Below, piece by piece: positions 18,246-26,280 of a stretch of DNA of 26,744 nt; position 1 is the stretch's first letter, and the number at the start of each line of letters is the position of its first letter. The DNA comes from a virus (lineage: Duplodnaviria; Caudoviricetes), in the IMG/VR virus record IMGVR_UViG_3300037449_000060, positions 1 through 26,744 of that record; one strand, given 5' to 3'. The notes under the pieces are model-generated. The model had not been told where the DNA came from, ran no database searches, and worked only from the letters and a program-made list of their open reading frames with translations. A program made the position numbers and the translations under genes.

Positions 18246-18401
18246 ATGAAAGAGTTTAATAATGTCATTTATGTTCTTGTGGAATGGCCTGAGGTACAAG
18301 AGTTAATGACTTTAAATTGGTTTAAAAAAGAGGCTAAATTATCAGATAATAGTTCCTATTTCATACCTATTAAAAGGTATAAAGAACTAAATAAAAACTA
18401 A
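18246..18401 (+). CDS. Small conserved hypothetical protein (51 aa)
   Basis: MKEFNNVIYVLVEWPEVQELMTLNWFKKEAKLSDNSSYFIPIKRYKELNKN. I recall the YVLVEWPE.QELM...WF...YF.P pattern from Bacteroidota phage proteins. Confidence 0.75.
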   Translation: MKEFNNVIYVLVEWPEVQELMTLNWFKKEAKLSDNSSYFIPIKRYKELNKN

Positions 18402-18798
18402 CCTTTAGTATAAAGGTTTGATAGAATACATTGTGTTTAAGGAATACAGCTACCTTCGTAATACATGTTAAGCTTAATCAATGTTCTCAATGTATATTTT
18501 TATAATATAGGTTCTACATTAGGTCATACAAGACCTGTAAATGATGCTCCTACAATAGCTAATATAGCTAAAATATATCTTATATATAGTGCTATATATA
18601 CAATGCTCATAAGTATATTTATAATAATGTATAGTAACAAGCGAAAGAACTTCATTGTCTATATAAATATATTTATAATCCTATTAATAATAAGCTACAA
18701 TAGTGTAAGTCATATTAATAGGATTTTTACAATGTATATATAGTACTATATAAATGTAATTTAACAATTTAATTATAAATAATTTAATACTTATTATT

Positions 18799-19011
18799 AT
18801 GTTACCAGTGTTAATTAAAAATCATAGTACTCAGTTAATTACAGATGATTGGAATGTAGTAAATCATCTACTAATAGCAATCAAGCTATTAAAAGAACAA
18901 TTTAATAGCTATGAAGAATATGTAGAAGAATGTAATCAATATAGCATAATACATTATAATAAAGAAGTTTATAATGATTATGTTTATAAATTTTATCATC
19001 AGATTCATTAA
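18799..19011 (+). CDS. Hypothetical protein
   Basis: 70 aa. Its leader aatttaatactt is shared with the gene at 18246. Confidence 0.65.
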   Translation: MLPVLIKNHSTQLITDDWNVVNHLLIAIKLLKEQFNSYEEYVEECNQYSIIHYNKEVYNDYVYKFYHQIH

Positions 19012-19163
19012 TTTAAAAGAGTATATCAGTGGCGGCAATTCTATGACTGTTATATTCACAACCTTAGTTATGCAGGTTATTTTAGCAAATATTATCATGT
19101 TAATAGGGATATTAACAATAGTATTTATTTCTTATTTATTATTAATTATTTAATATTTATATT

Positions 19164-19733
19164 ATGGCGAATGATGAAATAAGTCTTTCTTTTACAGAAA
19201 AGAAAGCAAGAGATAATAAACTTATCTTAGCAAAAGGGTTTAAAGTACCCATAAGTGGTGTGCTTGAATGCACGATTGAGAGTATAAAATGCTTAGGCGG
19301 AGCTACCAAAAATGGTGACTGGTACGCATCGTTAGAAGCAACAAGCAGGCGTAATACCTATCGCTTTCTAATAAAAGAAAAGAAAGCAACTCAATTAATC
19401 ACTGCATATACAGGTGCACATAAAGGAGAATCTGAATCTTTAGCTGATTTTGCAACAAGATGTGAATCAAAGCTATCAGGTAAAGCTGTAAAGATTACTT
19501 ATGAAGAAACCATTGAAGGTGTAACTGGATATATTCAGGATGGTTCTCCTGAACCAGTACTTCATACTTACACAGGTAAAAGATTCGTTGATTCATCTAC
19601 ATTGAGTTATGATACATATCATGCTAACATAGTAGATGAAATCGCAGACGTTAATCCAGCAAAAGCCAAAGTGATGGCTGACTATTACAAAAGTATTGAC
19701 ATTGCCAGAATGCAAATGTCAACACAGGAATAA
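19164..19733 (+). CDS. Hypothetical protein, possibly nucleic-acid binding
   Basis: 189 aa, higher GC than its neighbours, with its own strong terminator. The function is a guess. Confidence 0.8.
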   Translation: MANDEISLSFTEKKARDNKLILAKGFKVPISGVLECTIESIKCLGGATKNGDWYASLEATSRRNTYRFLIKEKKATQLITAYTGAHKGESESLADFATRCESKLSGKAVKITYEETIEGVTGYIQDGSPEPVLHTYTGKRFVDSSTLSYDTYHANIVDEIADVNPAKAKVMADYYKSIDIARMQMSTQE

Positions 19734-19742
19734 CATTCATAT

Positions 19743-19778
19743 AAGAGTTCATAGAGCATAACCTATGAACTCTTTTTT
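19743..19778 (+). terminator. Intrinsic terminator
   Basis: Perfect 12-bp stem aagagttcatag/ctatgaactctt with an 8-nt loop, running into a T tract, about 10 nt after the stop at 19733. Confidence 0.85.
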
Positions 19779-19959
19779 AATAACTCTAACTCAAAAAGAA
19801 GATAAAAGAATACATAGTATAGTTAATAGTGTAGTATATAGTGCTTTATTTACAGAGCCTGCAAGTACTATTGTTTCTTATATAAATACTAATTTCTTAT
19901 ATAATAGAGTTATGTACGGTAGTACATTAACTCATTTTCGATAACTTAAACTAAATATA

Positions 19960-20142
19960 ATGAATATACCTATTATAATATTTAATATAATAATGATTAT
20001 AATTAATATAGTATTACTAATAGTAATATTTAACGTTACAGTAATTAAAATAGTTAGAAGTATAGTAATTATATTATCTATAATTGCTATATCTTGCTTT
20101 ATAACATCTTTAATTATAGAAATTTTAAAATATTTTAAATAA
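19960..20142 (+). CDS. Small membrane protein (two hydrophobic segments)
   Basis: 60 aa, Ile-rich, packed against the next gene. Confidence 0.55.
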   Translation: MNIPIIIFNIIMIIINIVLLIVIFNVTVIKIVRSIVIILSIIAISCFITSLIIEILKYFK

Positions 20143-20146
20143 TAAT

Positions 20147-20371
20147 ATGATGTACAGTGAAGATGGTAGTACTCTAACTGATATTCAAATCAGAAGAGCT
20201 AAACATTTATTTAAATCTACTAAGATTAATGTTAAATTTGATTTAGTAGATTGTAATGGTAATTATTGGAAGCATAATAGCAATTATGTTACAAATGTAG
20301 CATATGCTATAGCTAAATCTATTAAGAATATGTATCCTCATACATATCTTAAAATCATACAACACAAATGA
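20147..20371 (+). CDS. Hypothetical protein
   Basis: 74-aa ORF. Confidence 0.7.
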   Translation: MMYSEDGSTLTDIQIRRAKHLFKSTKINVKFDLVDCNGNYWKHNSNYVTNVAYAIAKSIKNMYPHTYLKIIQHK

Positions 20372-20493
20372 ATAAAATAATAAAAGTAGATTGGCATGGT
20401 TATAGAAATAATAATACTATAATTGCAATAACTGAATTTATATTACTATTAGTATTAGAATTAGTAATATTAATAGCAATATTCAAATACTAA
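20368..20493 (+). CDS. Small membrane peptide (41 aa)
   Basis: ATGA overlap. MNKIIKVDWHGYRNNNTIIAITEFILLLVLELVILIAIFKY. Confidence 0.55.
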   Translation: MNKIIKVDWHGYRNNNTIIAITEFILLLVLELVILIAIFKY

Positions 20494-20665
20494 AAATGTA
20501 GTTTCTATTCAATGTATTACTAAGTCATATCGTAAATCCAAATCTTTGGTAGTAACTGTAATACTACTACCATTAATCGAGTTAAGGTAATTGGACTATA
20601 TTGTATTAACGATAATAAGGGTTAAAGAGTAGTTATGACCCCTGTTGTGATTTGCTTTTAGATTG

Positions 20666-20673
20666 TATTTTTG
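20666..20673 (+). promoter_or_regulatory. Candidate rightward -7 box TATTTTTG(CA)
   Basis: Matches TAnnTTTG, with TTG at 20645-20647 (18-nt spacer), about 80 nt upstream of the gene at 20753. Confidence 0.45.
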
Positions 20674-20752
20674 CATAAATAACACAGGTTTTCTTTTCTT
20701 TTAATAATTGAATACCTTATTTTTATAATTTATAAATTTAATAATATATAAA

Positions 20753-21034
20753 ATGAAAAGACCAAAAAGAATAATAAAATTAAGTCTTAAAAATTTAATT
20801 AATCGCAAGATTAAATATAAAGACTATAATGAAGAGATTATAAGTATTATTATTAAATTAGATGAGCCAAATGAATTTAATGGTATAATAACAAAAGAAA
20901 GTTTTATTTACAATATATGTAATATTGATAGCAATACTAATAAAGTAGCCTGGATTAATATAGGTATAACTAATGTAGAGATTATGGTTAATAGACATTA
21001 TTATCCAATAGAACAAATAGTATTCACTAAATAA
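20753..21034 (+). CDS. Hypothetical protein
   Basis: 93-aa ORF with an AT-rich leader. Confidence 0.7.
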   Translation: MKRPKRIIKLSLKNLINRKIKYKDYNEEIISIIIKLDEPNEFNGIITKESFIYNICNIDSNTNKVAWINIGITNVEIMVNRHYYPIEQIVFTK

Positions 21035-21043
21035 CTTAATCAA

Positions 21044-21322
21044 ATGGAGAAAATGACCAATAAGCAATTTATAGAAAGTAATGCCTATTTAGGCTTACAA
21101 ACTGTTATTCAAACAGAGATTAATAATGGTACATTCTATATTACAGCTACATTACCTAGATTACCTTTTGTACCAAAATCTGATTCTTTTGAAAGATTTA
21201 AAAAATCTAAGCAAGAGAGATTAGAAACTAATAAACTTAAATTAAACCATAAGAATAAACTCCGTAGGGCAGGATATAATCCTGCTAAACAAATGAATAT
21301 TCCAGGTGAATTAATAACTTAA
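21044..21322 (+). CDS. Hypothetical basic protein
   Basis: 92-aa ORF with a basic C-terminal helix. Confidence 0.7.
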   Translation: MEKMTNKQFIESNAYLGLQTVIQTEINNGTFYITATLPRLPFVPKSDSFERFKKSKQERLETNKLKLNHKNKLRRAGYNPAKQMNIPGELIT

Positions 21323-21334
21323 ATTAATAAAATT

Positions 21335-21745
21335 ATGTGTTTTATAATAGACTCAAAGTATCCCAATGCTTTAAGAAGTAAAAGGAATATAACTTGCTAT
21401 AAGACATTATTCGTAACTTCAGACAAGACATATAGAACTGCTATACAAGGAACTAAAATTTCAAAAGATAATATATTAATTGCTAAAACTGCTCCTTTTG
21501 ATATTACTCCTAATATTCCAATAGCGAATCTAATAAGTAATAATAATAGAGACATTTATTATGGTATTCATTCTTACAAAAATGTTCAATCTATTGATAC
21601 AACTTTTGCTTATAGTTATATTGCTAAATGTATAATACCTAAAGGAACTGAATATTTTAAAAATAAGACTGAATATGTATCTTTAAAAGTTAAACTTATA
21701 GTTATAGTTAGTAAAGAAGATATTAAGAAATTTAATAAGAAATAA
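21335..21745 (+). CDS. Conserved hypothetical protein of Bacteroidota/crAss-like phages
   Basis: MCF...NITCYK...GIHSY...AKCIIPKGTEYF...EYVS, a pattern I recall as a common early-region family of unknown function. Confidence 0.8.
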   Translation: MCFIIDSKYPNALRSKRNITCYKTLFVTSDKTYRTAIQGTKISKDNILIAKTAPFDITPNIPIANLISNNNRDIYYGIHSYKNVQSIDTTFAYSYIAKCIIPKGTEYFKNKTEYVSLKVKLIVIVSKEDIKKFNKK

Positions 21746-21932
21746 TAAAAAAAGAATAACACTTAAAATCATATAGAACAACATAAGGCTACTACACAAT
21801 TAATAGATTAATTTAAAAGTGGAAAAACTACTCTACAAGAGAGTAAAAGACAAGTTTATAGTTATAAATATTTTAAAGTCTTATAGTAGTAGCCTTTATT
21901 TAATAAATAATAATACTAATAATCAATAAAAT

Positions 21933-22112
21933 ATGACAACTTTAATAATAGGTACAATAATATTTATATTAGGTATGGTTGTATTATTTAGTTCTCTACT
22001 ATTTGATTCAGAAGATAACCTAGACATTGAATTAATGAAAATAGGAATTTTTCTTGGAATAATAGGAACAGTAATAGTAACTTATGCTATGTTATTTATA
22101 ATTCAAAATTAA
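21933..22112 (+). CDS. Small two-TM membrane protein (59 aa)
   Basis: MTTLIIGTIIFILGMVVLFSSLLFDSEDNLDIELMKIGIFLGIIGTVIVTYAMLFIIQN. TAATG coupling to the next gene. Confidence 0.7.
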   Translation: MTTLIIGTIIFILGMVVLFSSLLFDSEDNLDIELMKIGIFLGIIGTVIVTYAMLFIIQN

Positions 22113-22609
22113 TGGAATATAAAATAATAATAAAAGAACAATTACTTAATACTAAAGTATTAGGAGGTATTGGAAAAGATATTACAAATAATACCTTTAC
22201 TCCAATAACAACTGAGAATTACAATAATTCTAATATTATAGCATGTAAATATTATGCTATAGTAGATAATACTGAATTAGAAGTACGATATAAATTCTAT
22301 TGTACTCTAAATAATATATTATTAAATCATGGTAATTTTGATTGTATTATGTTAAAAGGTAGAGTTAGAGATGTTAAAGATATTGCCAGAAAAGGTGATA
22401 CTGTAATATTTAGTGCTATATCATTACATGATTTAAATATATATATTAAGAATCTTGCAAAAGGAAAGAAAGTACTCACAGGTACTGTAATCAAAACTCA
22501 CGATAATTATATTACAGTTGAAACTGACAATAATATAGTTATTACAAGACGTGAATGTATAATGCTATCAAATAGAGATGATACCTTTAAATGTTTTGTG
22601 TTAGACTAA
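22112..22609 (+). CDS. Hypothetical protein, possible SH3/KOW-like C-terminal barrel
   Basis: 165 aa. RKGDTVIF...LTGTVIKTHDNYITVETD pattern. Confidence 0.7.
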   Translation: MEYKIIIKEQLLNTKVLGGIGKDITNNTFTPITTENYNNSNIIACKYYAIVDNTELEVRYKFYCTLNNILLNHGNFDCIMLKGRVRDVKDIARKGDTVIFSAISLHDLNIYIKNLAKGKKVLTGTVIKTHDNYITVETDNNIVITRRECIMLSNRDDTFKCFVLD

Positions 22610-22631
22610 AAAGAGGGAGGAACATCATACA

Positions 22632-22648
22632 TTTCCTCCAAAGGGGGA
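22632..22648 (-). repeat. 17-bp GC-rich element, copy 2 (inverted relative to 17677-17693)
   Basis: tttcctccaaaggggga, intergenic. Confidence 0.85.
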
Positions 22649-22699
22649 TTTCTTAATTTCCCAAATTATACAATTATTAACAATTAAACTAATAATAAA

Positions 22700-23152
22700 A
22701 TGAATAGAAAAGAAAGAGAAGAATATTTAACAAGTATTTCAAATAAACTAAGTAGTATAGATAGCTATCTAAAAACTATAGTTAGATTTAGTAGGCAAGA
22801 ATATTATGCTATAAAAAATACTAATAGTGTTAAAAATGATAAATGTAAATCAAATAATACTGTTAGGCATTTTGACCTTATAGATGCTAAACATATGTTA
22901 AATATGTCAAATTGGAGGCATAATAATAGTTCATATCAATTTGATAATGAATATAGTTATATAATGAATCATATACTAGATAGTGAAAGGCTTGGTCATA
23001 AATCTGTTTATATACCTCATCTTAGTTATGGACTTCATATAAAGGATATAGCAACTGTATTTAGAAAACTAGGATATTTTGTAATTATAGAAAGTATGTA
23101 TATATTAATATCATGGGAATATGCTAATGATGTTAATGATACCATTAAATAA
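22700..23152 (+). CDS. Hypothetical protein
   Basis: 150 aa with a C-terminal FRKLGY.V.......ISW motif common in small phage proteins. Confidence 0.75.
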   Translation: MNRKEREEYLTSISNKLSSIDSYLKTIVRFSRQEYYAIKNTNSVKNDKCKSNNTVRHFDLIDAKHMLNMSNWRHNNSSYQFDNEYSYIMNHILDSERLGHKSVYIPHLSYGLHIKDIATVFRKLGYFVIIESMYILISWEYANDVNDTIK

Positions 23153-23246
23153 TCATATAGATAGGATAGAGATTTAATAGATAAATCTACTGGTGTAGAA
23201 AGAGCTATTACTATCCTATCTTTTATTAACTTTTAAATACAATAAT

Positions 23247-23636
23247 ATGTTTAAAAAGATATTAGATAAAATAAATCTATTACACAAAATAGTAGGTAAA
23301 GATAAGCTTATAATAGGTACTATATATTATAATCACTTATATGATAAAGATGATAACTCGCACAATCATAAATATAGAGTTAAATATAATGCTAAATATT
23401 ATATTCTTAATCATAATTGTGAAGATATAACTGATTGTGAAACATTATATTCATTACCTTGTAATGATAGATATGATGCTGGTCATAAATCAATACTACC
23501 TAGAAATCACTATAATAATATAAGTGATGAACATAAATCAATACTTTCAGAATGTTGGGGTAAATATAAAGAAGGTGATAAAGTGAAAGGTATAATTAAA
23601 AATAATATGTTTGAAATTATAAATGATAAAATATGA
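23247..23636 (+). CDS. Hypothetical protein
   Basis: 129-aa ORF with an ATGA overlap to the next gene. Confidence 0.7.
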   Translation: MFKKILDKINLLHKIVGKDKLIIGTIYYNHLYDKDDNSHNHKYRVKYNAKYYILNHNCEDITDCETLYSLPCNDRYDAGHKSILPRNHYNNISDEHKSILSECWGKYKEGDKVKGIIKNNMFEIINDKI

Positions 23637-23872
23637 ATAAAAAATGTTTAAATTTAATAAAAATATTACTAAATCTAACATTAGGTTTTAGAGTAGAGTA
23701 TAGTAGCAATATAGAAATAATAATATGTCCTATCATATCTACTAATATAATAAATAAGATAATAAAATATGCTATAACACACAAGTTAGAATGGAATATA
23801 TATAAAACTAGTGATATACACATAATTATAGCTCCAACTATTAAATCTACTATATCTGATGATACCAAATAA
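23633..23872 (+). CDS. Hypothetical protein
   Basis: 79 aa, translationally coupled. Confidence 0.55.
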   Translation: MNKKCLNLIKILLNLTLGFRVEYSSNIEIIICPIISTNIINKIIKYAITHKLEWNIYKTSDIHIIIAPTIKSTISDDTK

Positions 23873-24080
23873 AGATTGTATGTATTGTTCTGAAATAGAA
23901 GAATCATGTAAAAAATGTCATAAATATATAAGAACTGATAGAGAGCTAATGATGAAAGAATGCCCAATATTAACATATCCTTTAGATTCAATATTTCCTA
24001 ACACAGACGATAGACCATATTGGACATGGAATAAAAGACCTAATGAAATAGATGAAGTAGAAATTATAATAGAATGTTAG
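23859..24080 (+). CDS. Small Cys-rich protein
   Basis: 73 aa with CMYC, CKKC and CP. Confidence 0.65.
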   Translation: MIPNKDCMYCSEIEESCKKCHKYIRTDRELMMKECPILTYPLDSIFPNTDDRPYWTWNKRPNEIDEVEIIIEC

Positions 24081-24412
24081 ATTTAATAAAATATACAAAA
24101 TTGATTAAGAATTTCATTAATTGGTATAAGAAAAAAGAATATAGTATATCAATTAGTAATTTTTTAAATCTTAAATTTGAATTTCAAATTGGAGTAATAT
24201 TAGAATATCTTTCTGAACAGCATGATATAGGTATTCATTGGGATAATTATAGTTATCTATTATATTCATTAGGAGAAAATAGAAGTATTAAATTATTATC
24301 TAAAGATGGATATTTACAAAGAATCTCTTTAGAAGATAAAGTAGATTTAAAAGTAAACTGTAAAGATGCTATAGATTGGATATTTAATAAATTAAATGAG
24401 AATTTAGAATGA
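24074..24412 (+). CDS. Hypothetical protein
   Basis: 112 aa with an F..W...L.FEFQIGV.LEY pattern. Confidence 0.75.
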   Translation: MLDLIKYTKLIKNFINWYKKKEYSISISNFLNLKFEFQIGVILEYLSEQHDIGIHWDNYSYLLYSLGENRSIKLLSKDGYLQRISLEDKVDLKVNCKDAIDWIFNKLNENLE

Positions 24413-24430
24413 TAGTAATTGTTGATTAAA

Positions 24431-25876
24431 ATGGATAATTTAAGTAGTAAAGTAATACGAGATGAAGGATTAACAAAAGACCAAGAAGAGGGAATGAGTA
24501 GATTATTAAACTTTGTTAATGGTTCTAAAACAACTTATACTTTATGTGGTTATGCAGGAACAGGTAAGACTTTTTTATTAAACTATTTTCTAAATAGTTA
24601 TAATAGAAGTGTAGTAGTTACTGCACCAACACATAAAGCTGTAAGAATGATAGAGCAGTTAACAGGTAGAAGAGGTAAAACATTACATTCTCTTCTTGGT
24701 CTGAGACCAAATTTAAATCTTGAAAACTTCAATATTAATAATGTTAAATTTGATTTATTAGGAAGTCCTCAAATAAGTCATTATAATTTAGTAATTATTG
24801 ATGAGTGTTCACAGATTAATAGTGGTTTAAAGATGATGATAGAACAAATAGCTGCAAATGTACAAAATGGAATTAAAATACTTTATATAGGAGATATTTG
24901 TCAATTACCTCCTATAGGTGAAAGAGTTAGTGAAACATTCAAAATTAAAGATAAATTTGAATTAACTGAAATTGTTAGACAAGAAGAAGGTAATCCATTA
25001 GTAAAAGTTTTAGCTATATTACGAGATGATATAATAAATAATAAAGATAATTTTATAAAATACATTGGGGCACATAAAGAAGAAGTAACAGAAAAGGGAG
25101 GTTATATACTACTTAATAGAGATGCTTTTAAATTAAAATTAATTGAATATTTTACAGATAAAGCATTTGAAAACAATATAAATTATGCGAGATATACAGG
25201 AAGAACTAATGAAAATATAAGGGAATGGAATAAATTTATACGTGATAAAACAATAAAAGATGCAACTACAGGAATGGTTTGTATAGATGATTTATTTACT
25301 GGTTATAAAACAATTGTTGATGAATTTATATCTCCAATTATAATTAATAGTGAAGATTATATTGTAAATCAAATTGAAGAGAGAATATCTCAAGATGGTT
25401 TTAAAGGATATAATTTAGTATTAACTGATGTATTTACAGGCATGCTAACGCCTACAATAACATTAGTTGACCATACTCATCCAACATTTATTAATTATAT
25501 TAGAAAAGTAAGTAATTTACATGATTTAGCTATAAATTCCTCTAAAATGGAAAGAGGTAGAAGATGGAAAGAATATTATGAATTTAAAAATAGATTTCTT
25601 ATATTACATGAGTTCCCCATTAGAAAGAATGGAATTGAACAAGCTAAGATAACCAGAGATTTAGATTATGGCTATGGATTAACAACTTATAAAATACAAG
25701 GTAGCACCTATGATAATATATTTATTAATCTTGTAAACATGATACATTATAATTATGAAGGTAGAAAAGTCATAATCAAAGATAATAATTACTGTAATTA
25801 TGCAGTTGAATTAAGAAATAAATCATTATATGTAGCTCTTAGTAGAGCAAAGAAATTAGCAATACTATATTTATAA
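24431..25876 (+). CDS. SF1B Dda/RecD-like ATP-dependent DNA helicase
   Basis: Walker A GYAGTGKT, TAPTHKA, TLHSLLG, Walker B IIDECS, GDICQLPPI, LTEIVRQ, YGLTTYKIQGSTY and LYVALSRA. ATG at 24431 preferred over TTG at 24419. Confidence 0.93.
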   Translation: MDNLSSKVIRDEGLTKDQEEGMSRLLNFVNGSKTTYTLCGYAGTGKTFLLNYFLNSYNRSVVVTAPTHKAVRMIEQLTGRRGKTLHSLLGLRPNLNLENFNINNVKFDLLGSPQISHYNLVIIDECSQINSGLKMMIEQIAANVQNGIKILYIGDICQLPPIGERVSETFKIKDKFELTEIVRQEEGNPLVKVLAILRDDIINNKDNFIKYIGAHKEEVTEKGGYILLNRDAFKLKLIEYFTDKAFENNINYARYTGRTNENIREWNKFIRDKTIKDATTGMVCIDDLFTGYKTIVDEFISPIIINSEDYIVNQIEERISQDGFKGYNLVLTDVFTGMLTPTITLVDHTHPTFINYIRKVSNLHDLAINSSKMERGRRWKEYYEFKNRFLILHEFPIRKNGIEQAKITRDLDYGYGLTTYKIQGSTYDNIFINLVNMIHYNYEGRKVIIKDNNYCNYAVELRNKSLYVALSRAKKLAILYL

Positions 25877-25887
25877 ATTTAAATAAA

Positions 25888-26109
25888 ATGAACTTAAAAA
25901 ATAAAGTAATTAATAATGAATCTAGTAAAAAGATACCTCTTAAATCTAAAGTTACTAATAAAGTTAGATGTCAAGGATTTGAATTAAATACCTGTAGTAT
26001 AGATGAGATAAATAAAATCTTAGAAAAGTTTGATGGTATTTCTATAATAAATGTAGAATTAACTGATAGTAATATAGAAGATGGAATAATAATATTTTAT
26101 AATACATAA
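25888..26109 (+). CDS. Hypothetical protein
   Basis: 73-aa ORF within the operon. Confidence 0.65.
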   Translation: MNLKNKVINNESSKKIPLKSKVTNKVRCQGFELNTCSIDEINKILEKFDGISIINVELTDSNIEDGIIIFYNT

Positions 26110-26112
26110 GTT

Positions 26113-26280
26113 ATGGCAAATAATGAACTAAAAAAAGCAGTAGTAAGTAATATAAGAGAACTTTTAAAGAATCTTAATAATGAACTATCTATTGCAAAAG
26201 ATATTAGATTAGTACTATATATTGATAAAAAAGGTAATGAGAAAGTAATTATTGAAATAAAAGAAATAATAAATTATTAA
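26113..26280 (+). CDS. Small hypothetical protein (55 aa)
   Basis: MANNELKKAVVSNIRELLKNLNNELSIAKDIRLVLYIDKKGNEKVIIEIKEIINY. Exactly fills the gap before the UDG. Confidence 0.65.
   Translation: MANNELKKAVVSNIRELLKNLNNELSIAKDIRLVLYIDKKGNEKVIIEIKEIINY

Noticed and set aside
18465-18743. 92-aa plus-strand ORF
   Set aside because: Its I/Y/N-rich composition follows from the AT content, it has no typical leader, and it coincides with dense stem-loops. Better explained as non-coding.
22674-22682. Single TTATTAACA box
   Set aside because: It has no partner at 12 bp and no TAnnTTTG at the expected distance, so it is not a fourth member of the promoter class.
16908-23246. tRNA genes or hammerhead ribozymes in the spacers
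   Set aside because: No T-loop (GTTCRA) cloverleaf and no CTGANGA...GAAA core were found by eye in the intergenic DNA.
18889-23991. Minus-strand ORFs 18889-19098, 20858-21067 and 23617-23991
   Set aside because: They are hydrophobic antisense shadows of plus-strand genes, as expected in AT-rich DNA.
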